Part shown: in pieces, positions 47,101-55,449 of the stretch | Numbering within the stretch: position 1 is the first letter of the stretch | How the letters are laid out: the number at the start of each line of letters is the position of its first letter | Virus record (IMG/VR): IMGVR_UViG_3300022752_005671 | Coordinates: 96,001-160,000 of that record | DNA length: 64,000 nucleotides | Direction: 5' to 3' (one strand) | Origin: a virus | The notes under the pieces: model-generated | What the model was told of the DNA's origin: nothing | Database searches by the model: none | What the model saw: the letters and a program-made list of their open reading frames with translations, nothing else | Position numbers and translations under genes: made by a program

Positions 47101-49482
47101 TCGATCGGATCGATCATTCCTTCGGTCGCTCAGCTTGGAATATTAAAGGTTGACAACGCTCTTCTTGAAGCAAAAGATGTTCTTGAATCTTTGACTGGAG
47201 TATCTCAATCTGGAGATATTTCGCAAGAAGAAGATTCCATTCCTGGTTCTTCATTAACGTCTATTGCTCCGCTGGACGGACAATCATGGGGAACTTTCAC
47301 AACTCCTGATGAAATGTTCGGTACACCAAGCGTGGGATTTACTATATTGTTTTTCCTCCTTATGCTTGCAGTTATTGTCGCGGCATCAATTTTAGGCTCG
47401 CCTCCTAAAACTGCCGTCGACGTTCAAGAATCTAAAAGAAAAGCATCTAGAACTCCTAGTGGTGAACTTGTTTTAGGAAGTTATAGACTTGACCAAGGAT
47501 CTTTTATCGTTGAAAATGCAATGGGAATTCGCGCGACGAACAATCCTTTTTCAAGGTGTTTATCAGTCGGGTTGAAGGCGTTCTTTTTAGGAGTTTCAAA
47601 TGCAAACATCAGCGACGACGACTTGGCTCTAGGAGTTTTAGGCATAGGAGTAGCTGGTTTGATAGGTGATGGATCAAAGATAGGAGCTAGCCTCGTCGTA
47701 ATGAGAACGATAATACGCTCTGGTTTAGTCGTGGCTCAACGAATTGAACAAATATTGAAATCATCACCAGATCCTGCTTTAGCAGCAGCACAAATCGCAT
47801 TGAGCGTGTTCAGCTTATTTAAATCTTCTAAACTTGTCGGAGCAATAAACACTTTTTCTCAACTAGGGGACGTGATAATAGACAGGCAAGAGGCAATCAA
47901 AGATGGAGTTTTAGCTTCTCTCACAACTGATAGGTCTAGCGTCGTGCCGTTACCGGATTCTTTGGATCCAGGAAAAGCCAATTCGACTGTGATAAAAAAC
48001 AGATTGTCTTATTTCGATCCAAAAAAAGGTTTCATTTTCAATTCAGAGCTTGCTTGGGCATCAAAAAGAGCTCCTTCTTTATATCTCATACCTACATCTA
48101 TTTTAGGATTGCAAAACTTTTCAAATACGAAGCCTAATGGTAGCTCTTTACAAGCATTTGCAGGTGCCGCAAAATTGTCTTTAGCAGGTAAAGACGACAA
48201 GTCTTATGCAACAAAAGTTTATAATTCTACGATCGACGGAAGGATTTCTAACGACGTTAGAGTGTTGTTAGAAAACAAGTTAGATGCCGAATATGTTCCG
48301 TTTTATTTTCATGACGTAAGAACAAATGAAATAGTTTCTTTCCACGCGTTTTTACAAAGTTTAGGTGATAATTTCTCAGTATCTTATGAATCAGTGGAAG
48401 GATTTGGTAGAGTAGAACCAGTAAAGATTTATAAAGGAACTCAAAGAAAAATTGATTTTAGCTTTACAATAGCTGCAACTAGTAAAGATGACTTTGATCA
48501 CATGTGGTTTAAAATCAACAAATTAGTCACATTGGCATATCCTCAATACACATCAGGAAGAACCCTTGTTGGTGAAAACTTTCAATTCAAGGCTCCATTC
48601 AGTCAAATGATAGGAGCATCGCCGTTGGTTAGATTACGTTTAGGAGATTTGTTCCACTCTAATTATTCAAGATTTGCGCTGGCAAGATTGTTCGGCGCCA
48701 CGGATGGAAACATGTCTATTCCCAAAGTTGACGAGCCCGCCACCGCCGTCGATTTAACTGCAGGTATTTGGGGGGGAAATGATGAACAAAAAAAGAAAGC
48801 AGCAAAATGGGCAGCAGCGCTACAATATTTTGATCCTGGAACTTCGAATGATGAAGGTAATGCAACTCAACATTTTATAGATAAAACTGTAGTCATTAAG
48901 CAAAAATGCATCGAAGGTGAAGCAGATCTTATAGCTGCTGGATTAACAGACGCCAAACAAGTAGTTGAAGCAAGAATTGCTACCGCAGTTAATGGAATTT
49001 ATCTTGTTGACATTAAATTTAAAAAAGGAGCGCCAGCTCAATCATCTAGTCCCGGAGACGTCGAATCTGCTGCAGTAAGTGAAGAAACTGGTGAATTTAA
49101 ACAAAAACGATACACTAGACAAGCTTTCGAAAGGTTAACAGATAAATCGCTTCAAGAACTTGTTGGAGGTGACGCTCCGGTACCAGATCCAGAAGGTGCC
49201 CTTAACGCTCTTGTAGACTTTATGAATCCTGATAAAAACGTAATTGTTAAATCGTTCGAATCGGCTGGAGGTAAGGGGCTGGCTGGTGTGATTGAGTCTA
49301 TGAGTTTTGACTGGTATTCTGGTACGACATGGGAAGTTGAACCTGGGTCAGTTGCACCGAAAATGTGTAAAGTAACAGTTTCATTCTCACCGATCCATGA
49401 TATCACTCCTGGAATTGATAGCAAGGGATATAATAGATCTCCTATTTATCCTGTCGGTAACGCGATGAATGGTAGGACATAA
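44200..49482 (+). CDS. Large baseplate protein: long repeat-containing N-terminal region plus a C-terminal tube-initiator-like (gp48/gp54/CIS-tube-type) domain
   Basis: C-terminal YVPFYFHD...SFHAFL.SL.DNFS.SY.SVEGFGRVEPVKIYKGTQRKIDFSF.IAA...KINKL...YPQY...PLVRLRLGDL and GVIESMSFDW...WE.....APKMC.VTVSF; internal duplications upstream. Confidence 0.65.
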   Translation: MSGTKTGNKGFVNPTDGKVYTVDPVLNGEDGINSDPKTYDPGDMTVDKSVKDIGKKTKITLGTYLSKATKGEVDPYTNVPNKYSIDPSSSSTLPLSLTDNGYPTPPSPTENSEKFAGNLPSSFSQDFASLNQDGQKIKKGLSSVDVPDGHTLLSQAHGVSSPVSSYQNLAFSPQHRTSFVSFSDFKSPPKKLNVSLINLPNEYFKKPNEEAVIPDLLSLDLKKAVQKVSTLTNGVDLESPGAKNVYPVSVPVPEAFNFENLASLTTAEGKYPAPLTVPTGQNKDIFTENPGKSTSDTFAAATSKVDKITTLISKGKKPEIENSILLDGNRLFFKAISVDSNTKIVSLEGPLKNYTEEALKPQYRTSQFVPSNTDILSPGPFDPSLLDYSNTTFTKPGDSTNVNSLNIKKQLKDIFSIAGSLTTKNFYPVSVTALPSITSIKVSDSESAPLTTPNNQNASIFSNDLTSGYSYSKNWPLLWNVIPAESFKKGKSKGKDDAATGNNLVSKEQLDKQGSTIRVYQAWSTEPQYRKSFVNFSDFKTPPKTLDISLINLPNEFFKKPDEEAVVPGLLTLDLKTAVQKAATLTGGTDQESPGLKNKYSIIIKDFKLDDLFSITTNGYPSPLTIADSNEKFDNNLPSSFSERFSSVSSLLKKGKKETGIADGNDLLKNTITTDKFGFTKLNIVLQPYFEKVAQTNFFYPDISNSGLSKDTNQVSFLEKEINVLSPTPNFFPKINIVKTLGKYYGNPGDIIEKDPVTLAELRNKPAEITQQNQYAVSPPPSGIFGNFLTPISNPDTKLPIPLSDAGKGSFISRDLIKPLSKDPSVENFSKGKETPGSFEESAPGVPKVYNGNTLLAKGIPGSDAEAAKIAASGQVVGMQITPGIDPANPLYNYVGGRGSSILEIGNNRFLRGNRPASQFNVALKLSDGRAVSHLKMAQVGTGLLQRAAAEIPAWTADKFNPTGIEASIGSIIPSVAQLGILKVDNALLEAKDVLESLTGVSQSGDISQEEDSIPGSSLTSIAPLDGQSWGTFTTPDEMFGTPSVGFTILFFLLMLAVIVAASILGSPPKTAVDVQESKRKASRTPSGELVLGSYRLDQGSFIVENAMGIRATNNPFSRCLSVGLKAFFLGVSNANISDDDLALGVLGIGVAGLIGDGSKIGASLVVMRTIIRSGLVVAQRIEQILKSSPDPALAAAQIALSVFSLFKSSKLVGAINTFSQLGDVIIDRQEAIKDGVLASLTTDRSSVVPLPDSLDPGKANSTVIKNRLSYFDPKKGFIFNSELAWASKRAPSLYLIPTSILGLQNFSNTKPNGSSLQAFAGAAKLSLAGKDDKSYATKVYNSTIDGRISNDVRVLLENKLDAEYVPFYFHDVRTNEIVSFHAFLQSLGDNFSVSYESVEGFGRVEPVKIYKGTQRKIDFSFTIAATSKDDFDHMWFKINKLVTLAYPQYTSGRTLVGENFQFKAPFSQMIGASPLVRLRLGDLFHSNYSRFALARLFGATDGNMSIPKVDEPATAVDLTAGIWGGNDEQKKKAAKWAAALQYFDPGTSNDEGNATQHFIDKTVVIKQKCIEGEADLIAAGLTDAKQVVEARIATAVNGIYLVDIKFKKGAPAQSSSPGDVESAAVSEETGEFKQKRYTRQAFERLTDKSLQELVGGDAPVPDPEGALNALVDFMNPDKNVIVKSFESAGGKGLAGVIESMSFDWYSGTTWEVEPGSVAPKMCKVTVSFSPIHDITPGIDSKGYNRSPIYPVGNAMNGRT

Positions 49483-49484
49483 AC

Positions 49485-49784
49485 ATGGCAGCATTTAGTC
49501 GATACAGGACCTCTCCGAAACTTGGATTTAGCTTTCAGTATGGAACGTATAGAGGAATTGCTGCAGTAAGAAATGCAGTTGCCGCTGGGCTAATTCCAAT
49601 AAATCAAACAATAACGTTGGCAGAAAATCAACGATTGGATCAGCTTGCTGCAATATATTACAAAGATGCAAGATTTTGGTGGGTTCTTGCCGCGGCGTCT
49701 GACATCGGGTGGGGCTTGCAAGTTCCTCCTGGGACAATAATAAACATTCCTGATATTAACGCTGTCGCAGCAATAGTTGCATAA
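49485..49784 (+). CDS. LysM-like baseplate protein (gp53/gpX-like)
   Basis: NQRLDQLAAIYYKDARFWWVLAAASDI...PPGTIINIP. Confidence 0.85.
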   Translation: MAAFSRYRTSPKLGFSFQYGTYRGIAAVRNAVAAGLIPINQTITLAENQRLDQLAAIYYKDARFWWVLAAASDIGWGLQVPPGTIINIPDINAVAAIVA

Positions 49785-49793
49785 TAAACGTTT

Positions 49794-52700
49794 ATGAAAA
49801 AGCTTGATGAAATCTTAGGTCCTAAAAAATCTTTACAAGATTTATACACGGATTTTAAAACGTCAGATGAAATTGCTCTAGAAAATTTTGAATCCAATAA
49901 TCCTGGTGAAGACAGGAGCAAATATGCTTCAATAAAAAATTTGCTATTCCCTAGATCACCGGACGGAATACTTTCCGGAGAAAACTTATGGAAAAAAATT
50001 CAAGAGTTAGCAACACCAACTGGTGATGAAGACGATGATGCAAATGCTCAATTTATTGCAAGCAAAATTAGACTTTATCATTATGGTGGACACAGCGTCG
50101 ATGGTGATTCTAAAGGAAGTCCAGAAGCAGCAAAGGAAATTTCTGAATTTTATAAAGCCCGCGGAGGAAGACCATCTGCATATAATTGTGCCCAAGCAAA
50201 CGGATTTGAACATGTCGATGATCCTTTAACCGAAATAATTAAAAGAGCAGTTTCTGAAGTTTTAAATGGGCTTGGTGAAGAAGCATATATGAAGTCTGCA
50301 GTGACCATGATTTTGGTCGATGAACCATCCATAGACTTAAAAATTAGAAATGCTGGTATAACATCTACATTCATCAATTACATGCCAGGAATCATGGCTT
50401 CTCAAATGGTTCCATTCTTGGATGTTAGGTTTTCTTTGCAAAGAAATGGTTCTGGAAATCTCGGGCAGACAACAATGACGCCTATAAAATTTTTATTAGG
50501 TGCACAAGACGTTCCAATAGAAGGAGCTAAAGAAGCGACTCGATACATTTATGATGCTTATACTGCGAAGAAATTTAAACAACAAATACAAACTAGCATG
50601 GGAGATATTGAAGAAAACATAGCGAGAGCTCAAAAAGCTAATGCCGGAGGAAAAGCAGTTCAGGCTAATAATCCACAAAAAAATAAAACTAAACCTACAG
50701 CTGAGATTAAACAATTTTCTGAACAAATTACAACAACCGGAATGGAAATGTTTTTAATGCCACAAACTTTGATCAATATGGATTATGATCAAGAAACAGT
50801 TCCAAGATACAATCCAGTTTTAAATGCGACTCTTCCATTCGGAACAATACTTTCTTTTACAATAAACGTTACTTCAGCTGGCCACGGCGTTTTTTCATAC
50901 AAAACTGGAACTTTAACGTTAAAGATTTTTGATCGATCTCGTTTAGTAGAAATTGCTGATTTTTTAAATCCAAAGTTGTATGGAAAAGCCACATTATGGA
51001 TGACGTATGGATGGAGAGCTCCTCATCAATCCAACGGAGACGATAGAAATGAATATCTAGCGATGATCAACGAAAATATGTTGAAAAGAGAAGCTTATGG
51101 AATATCAAATTCTTCAATTTCAATTGGAGATGATGGAACTGCAACTGTAACGCTACAGTTGTTTATGAAATTTTCTAATGAACTTTCTCAAGCTACTCCG
51201 ACTCTAGGCTCCGCACAATTTGAAATTGAACAAACAAAAATTGAAAGCAAGATGGCGGAAATTAAATTAATAGCTCAAAAGTTGGGTTTAGGATCCACAG
51301 ACGTTGCAGAAATTAGAGGTGGTATGGTCATCGGCGCAGCGCTGAATGGAACTATTCCAACAGGAGATCCTGCAGTATTGAGACAAGAACTTCTAACCAT
51401 CTCAAATGGATTTTCAAATCAAACAGATCCAGACGTAACAAAGTTTCTACAATTAGCTGGAGAACTTTATTCCATCGCTCAAGGTTCGAACAAAGCCTCC
51501 GGCGCTTCTGCTTTAGATACTGCTGCGCAACAAACGACTGAAAACAGATTTGACGTTATAAAAGGAGGAAATGATCTTGATGTTTGGTCTGTTCCACACG
51601 GCAATGGAAACGATAAATTTAAAGATGATGAAACGGAAAACGGATTCGTTCATCCTTTACAAAAAATGCAAAAACTTTTGTCGGACAGAAACATAACGTA
51701 TACTAGAGATGGGCGTCAATTAACAGACAATACATTCGGCGGTTTCGGAACGATTTCTTTTGCAAGGTTAATCGCAACCTATTTAGCGACAACAGCACTT
51801 ACGATTCAAAACAATGCTGTCGTAGTAGATGAATATCAAATCATCTTTTATAAACTTAATGATCTCGCAGGTCCTGTCGCAGGAATAAACATAGGAGAGT
51901 TTCCTATTGATATGTCAAGATTACTGAAAGCATATTCAGAAGCAATCGTAAAACAAAAAGGCGAAAATATGACTTTCTTAAATTTTTTAGAGATTGTCAG
52001 AGGGTCTCAAATTAACAATCAGAGACATCACGCTTACGGATTCAGCGATTTGTATGACGCAGAAGGAAAATTAAACAACCAGCAAGGAACTGCATCGTCT
52101 AATTTATTACAAAGGCAGCTACAAAATCAAGGATTAGGAGGAAGCTTTGTTCTACCTTCTATAGATTTCTATGTAGAAACAGTAAATTCTTCTGAAGACA
52201 ATTCTGTGACGGATTTATTAACAACGTTTGAAGTTTCATCAGTGTTTTCTACAAAAGGATATACTCCCGAAGGATTTAAAAAAATTCTTAGAATTCACAT
52301 TTATGATAAAGCAACAATTCCTCATAAAGCTGCATCTAGCATATTAAAAAGTGCCGTTGAAGGTTCGTATGTAGAAATTGATAATGCGTACATGAGAAAA
52401 ATTAGATCCCAAGCCGATGCTGCAATTCAAGAGATTAATGATAAAGAAAGACAAATCTCTGAAAGAAATAAAAAAGTTGGAGAACTTACAGATCCTAAAT
52501 CAAAAAAATTTACTGCTAGCGAAGTAAAAATAAATGAAGATAATGTTACTTTTACAGTAGCTGATAAACCATACACGGCAAAAACTCGTCAAATTAGTTT
52601 TGAAGATGGAAAAGGCCGTCCTCGTTTCGAGCTGGCTAAAAGAGAAATATCTAGCCTTGTTCCGACAATAACAATTGGAACAAATGGAACTACGATTAAA

Positions 52701-53141
52701 AGCGTAAATTATGGTTCAGAACAAGACGCAAAGCTTGCAACCATCATGATGCTAAGAAACAGTGATGGCTCTGAAAATACGTCTTCTCCAAATGGAAGTT
52801 CTTCTGGCGACCTGCCCCTTAGGGTCATACCCGGATCATTATCCATTACGACCTTAGGTTGTCCGTTACTTGAATACATGCAACAATTTTTTATAGATCT
52901 TGGAACAGGAACGACAATTGATAATTTATACAACATAACAAGTTTAACTCACAATATTTCTCCTGGAAATTTCACGTCAGATGTAAAGTTCACATTCGCT
53001 GATGCTTATGGAAAGTACGAAAGCCCGCAAGACGCCACCACTAAACTTACTGCAGATGTTCAAAGAATTGCTAAACAAGCTAAAGAAGCAACAGAAGCTA
53101 AGGCCCGCGCTGGACAAGGATCCGCCCCGGCTAAAAAATAA
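49794..53141 (+). CDS. Baseplate hub protein (gp27/gpD-like), enlarged
   Basis: Follows the LysM-like gene; C-terminal SLSITTLGCPLL..MQQFFIDLGTGTTIDNLY.I..LTHNISPGNFTS.VKF. Confidence 0.6.
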   Translation: MKKLDEILGPKKSLQDLYTDFKTSDEIALENFESNNPGEDRSKYASIKNLLFPRSPDGILSGENLWKKIQELATPTGDEDDDANAQFIASKIRLYHYGGHSVDGDSKGSPEAAKEISEFYKARGGRPSAYNCAQANGFEHVDDPLTEIIKRAVSEVLNGLGEEAYMKSAVTMILVDEPSIDLKIRNAGITSTFINYMPGIMASQMVPFLDVRFSLQRNGSGNLGQTTMTPIKFLLGAQDVPIEGAKEATRYIYDAYTAKKFKQQIQTSMGDIEENIARAQKANAGGKAVQANNPQKNKTKPTAEIKQFSEQITTTGMEMFLMPQTLINMDYDQETVPRYNPVLNATLPFGTILSFTINVTSAGHGVFSYKTGTLTLKIFDRSRLVEIADFLNPKLYGKATLWMTYGWRAPHQSNGDDRNEYLAMINENMLKREAYGISNSSISIGDDGTATVTLQLFMKFSNELSQATPTLGSAQFEIEQTKIESKMAEIKLIAQKLGLGSTDVAEIRGGMVIGAALNGTIPTGDPAVLRQELLTISNGFSNQTDPDVTKFLQLAGELYSIAQGSNKASGASALDTAAQQTTENRFDVIKGGNDLDVWSVPHGNGNDKFKDDETENGFVHPLQKMQKLLSDRNITYTRDGRQLTDNTFGGFGTISFARLIATYLATTALTIQNNAVVVDEYQIIFYKLNDLAGPVAGINIGEFPIDMSRLLKAYSEAIVKQKGENMTFLNFLEIVRGSQINNQRHHAYGFSDLYDAEGKLNNQQGTASSNLLQRQLQNQGLGGSFVLPSIDFYVETVNSSEDNSVTDLLTTFEVSSVFSTKGYTPEGFKKILRIHIYDKATIPHKAASSILKSAVEGSYVEIDNAYMRKIRSQADAAIQEINDKERQISERNKKVGELTDPKSKKFTASEVKINEDNVTFTVADKPYTAKTRQISFEDGKGRPRFELAKREISSLVPTITIGTNGTTIKSVNYGSEQDAKLATIMMLRNSDGSENTSSPNGSSSGDLPLRVIPGSLSITTLGCPLLEYMQQFFIDLGTGTTIDNLYNITSLTHNISPGNFTSDVKFTFADAYGKYESPQDATTKLTADVQRIAKQAKEATEAKARAGQGSAPAKK

Positions 53142-53196
53142 AAATTACGTTGAATCTTTCTTTGTTTCTGTTTTTATGTAAATTTTTTTTGCTTGT

Positions 53197-53205
53197 TGTT
53201 ATGAT
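53197..53205 (+). promoter_or_regulatory. Extended -10 promoter (TGnTATGAT); leaderless polymerase gene
   Basis: TGT-TATGAT ends 8 nt before ATG 53214; no SD. Confidence 0.45.
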
Positions 53206-53213
53206 CCATCATA

Positions 53214-54404
53214 ATGAATGTCATTATAGGATCTAATCTTTTAGGATCCAAGAAAAATCTATCGTTATCTACTGACGGGGTTTCATGGGTAGAAAAAATC
53301 CAAAATGATTCTTGGTGTCTGTCAGGAGAGATCAAACAAGATCACGATTTTTGTTTGGACACAGTGAGCCGACTGAATCACATGCCACCGTCTCCTACGG
53401 TTCATGAAAAATATAAAAAGTCCATGCATTCATTGATGGAAGGTAATCCTCCTTGGTCAATGATTCTTCCTAAACAAGAATATAAAAAGTTTTTTGATGA
53501 CATCATCAATTACTCCAAAGAACTAAAAAATGCAGAAACAGATTACTATCTAAATGCGTGGGTTCCTGGAAATAAAATTTTAAACATGATTAAACCAGCC
53601 AAAACAGATGCTGGAAAGATCAATGACATCGTTTCAACTTCTGCAGTAAATTCTCATGTCGTTGAAACTTTTCGTCCTCGATCAGGAGGATATGCTTTTC
53701 CCGTAACGTATGATCGGTTTGGAACAGTTACTGGTCGCCTTGTCGTTTCGTCTGGGCCGAGCATTCTGTTGTTAAAGAAGAATTACAGGAACATCTTAAA
53801 GCCTTCATTTCCAGATGGAAAAATTGTATCATTGGATTTTTCTTCTTTAGAAGCAAGAATCTTATTGTATGAATCAGGCAACGATTGTTCTGAACCTGAT
53901 TTATATCAGATGCTTTCGAACAAATTCGGCGGAATGTCAAGGGAGATGGTGAAAGCAGCAGTTCTCGCTGTTCTGTACGGATCTTCAAAATCAGCTGTCG
54001 CCCTTCACCTTGGAACATCTGAAGAAAAGATTGCAAAATTGATTGTTCAAATTGAAGATTACATCAGTACAAAGTCTTTATTAAAAAGATTAAAACAAGA
54101 ACACAAAACGACTGGATTCATCAAAAACAGATTTGGAAGAAAAATTCCTGTTGATCGAATGCAAGACAACATATTCATCAACTATTATGCTCAAAGCACA
54201 GGCGTTGACGTATCATTGATGGGATTTTCAAATATCATGGATGTTTTAGGAATTGAAGGTATAAGACCAATATTTGTTCTTCACGACGCGTTGATTCTTG
54301 ACGTCCACCCAGATAGACTTGCTGATGTATCCAACGTTTCAAAAACAAAGGTTCATGGGTATGATCAGGAATTTCCAATAAAATTCGAAGAAATTTCGAT
54401 GTAA
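53214..54404 (+). CDS. Family A DNA polymerase, polymerase domain only
   Basis: GTVTGRL, motif A SLDFSSLEARIL, motif B REMVKAAVLAVLYGSS, motif C FVLHDALILD; no DEDD exonuclease motifs seen in the short N-terminus. Confidence 0.88.
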   Translation: MNVIIGSNLLGSKKNLSLSTDGVSWVEKIQNDSWCLSGEIKQDHDFCLDTVSRLNHMPPSPTVHEKYKKSMHSLMEGNPPWSMILPKQEYKKFFDDIINYSKELKNAETDYYLNAWVPGNKILNMIKPAKTDAGKINDIVSTSAVNSHVVETFRPRSGGYAFPVTYDRFGTVTGRLVVSSGPSILLLKKNYRNILKPSFPDGKIVSLDFSSLEARILLYESGNDCSEPDLYQMLSNKFGGMSREMVKAAVLAVLYGSSKSAVALHLGTSEEKIAKLIVQIEDYISTKSLLKRLKQEHKTTGFIKNRFGRKIPVDRMQDNIFINYYAQSTGVDVSLMGFSNIMDVLGIEGIRPIFVLHDALILDVHPDRLADVSNVSKTKVHGYDQEFPIKFEEISM

Positions 54405-54408
54405 AAAC

Positions 54409-54437
54409 TTGTACAGAAATTTAAAAAGAATTACGAT
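54409..54437 (+). promoter_or_regulatory. sigma70-type promoter of the HD gene, near-leaderless
   Basis: TTGTAC-N17-TACGAT; ATG 54446 lies 8 nt downstream with no SD. Confidence 0.5.
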
Positions 54438-54445
54438 ATGTCATT

Positions 54446-55030
54446 ATGTCATTAACACCTGAAGATATTGCTGCGAATTTTGATAAGTTTCGTTCTCTTT
54501 GCGAGAAGCTTGGTGATCGATCAGAAGCTGCATTGGCAATGGTTGATCATCTAGGCGAACGATTGGCGGTTTGTCCTGCTTCAAGTCGAAAAGATTTTCA
54601 TGCAGCATTTCCTGGTGGGTTGGTTGATCATTCTCTTCGTGTTCTTTCCAATGCGATGAAACTTTGTAAAGCTTTCGGTTGGGAAGTTCAAAAAGATTCA
54701 CTCATCATTGGTTGTCTCTTCCACGACCTAGGTAAGGTAGGCGACCATGAAAAGGACTACTACGTCCCGCAGGATTCAGATTGGCACCGCGAGAAGCTTG
54801 GCGAGATGTATAAGCATAATAAGGACATGCAATACATGACAGTTCCAGATCGAGGGGTCTGGTTATGTCAATATTTTGGGTTGAAGTTGACGCAAGCGGA
54901 ATGGTTGGCAATCAAGCTGAATGATGGTCAGTATGATGATACAAATGCTCCGTATAAGATGAAAGAGCCAAAATTAGCTGACATCGTTCACATGGCTGAT
55001 GTTATCTCTACGAAGCAAGAAAAAGAGTGA
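54446..55030 (+). CDS. HD-domain phosphohydrolase (YhaM-like catalytic domain)
   Basis: CPASS..DFHAAFPGGLVDHSLRV, GCLFHDLGKVG, VHMADVIS. Confidence 0.85.
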   Translation: MSLTPEDIAANFDKFRSLCEKLGDRSEAALAMVDHLGERLAVCPASSRKDFHAAFPGGLVDHSLRVLSNAMKLCKAFGWEVQKDSLIIGCLFHDLGKVGDHEKDYYVPQDSDWHREKLGEMYKHNKDMQYMTVPDRGVWLCQYFGLKLTQAEWLAIKLNDGQYDDTNAPYKMKEPKLADIVHMADVISTKQEKE

Positions 55031-55035
55031 TCTGC

Positions 55036-55043
55036 ATACTTAA
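55036..55043 (+). promoter_or_regulatory. Putative late-promoter motif ATACTTAA before an orphan gene
   Basis: Ends 6 nt before ATG 55050. Confidence 0.4.
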
Positions 55044-55049
55044 TTGATC

Positions 55050-55334
55050 ATGGATTCAAACTTTAGAGATTACGTCAGATTAATAATACAAGAAATTTTA
55101 TCTGAGAATCCGCGAACTGCTTCGCAACTTGTTTCTGATCCAAAAAAATCAGACGTTAAGTCCAAGCACAAAGAGGATGAGGACTTGGAAAAGGAAATTG
55201 AAGAGTTCAGCAGCGTTGCTGGAGGATCTATCCAGGGATTTACACTTCCTTTGGGGATGAGCCCAGATATGCCCGTTGCAGGTTCTAAAAAGCGCAAGAA
55301 AAATCCAAAGCGCAAGAACCCAAGTTGGGTGTGA
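55050..55334 (+). CDS. Small hypothetical protein with head-protein-like N-terminal motif and basic C-terminus
   Basis: Begins MDSNFRDYVRLIIQEILSE; ends KKRKKNPKRKNPSWV. Confidence 0.65.
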   Translation: MDSNFRDYVRLIIQEILSENPRTASQLVSDPKKSDVKSKHKEDEDLEKEIEEFSSVAGGSIQGFTLPLGMSPDMPVAGSKKRKKNPKRKNPSWV

Positions 55335-55343
55335 ATAAAAGCG

Positions 55344-55373
55344 TTGAACACAAAATAAAGTTTGTGGTAGGGT
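55344..55373 (+). promoter_or_regulatory. sigma70-type promoter of the SSB-recA-replication operon
   Basis: TTGAAC-N18-TAGGGT with an extended-10 TG at 55365-66. Confidence 0.45.
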
Positions 55374-55449
55374 AATCATTACCTGCAATCAAGCAGGGTA
55401 GTATTCCTGCCACAGGTACGGAATAGGAAAAGGAAAAGGAAAAAATATT

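Noticed and set aside
54437-54452. 8-bp tandem duplication TATGTCAT x2 creating an out-of-frame ATG (MSLCH*) before the HD gene
   Set aside because: Too short to distinguish from a chance duplication; no supporting evidence of regulation.
53214-55030. Z-genome (diaminopurine) system suggested by a family A polymerase next to an HD hydrolase
   Set aside because: No purZ or mazZ in the window, and the HD motif looks YhaM-like; it cannot be excluded for the rest of the genome.
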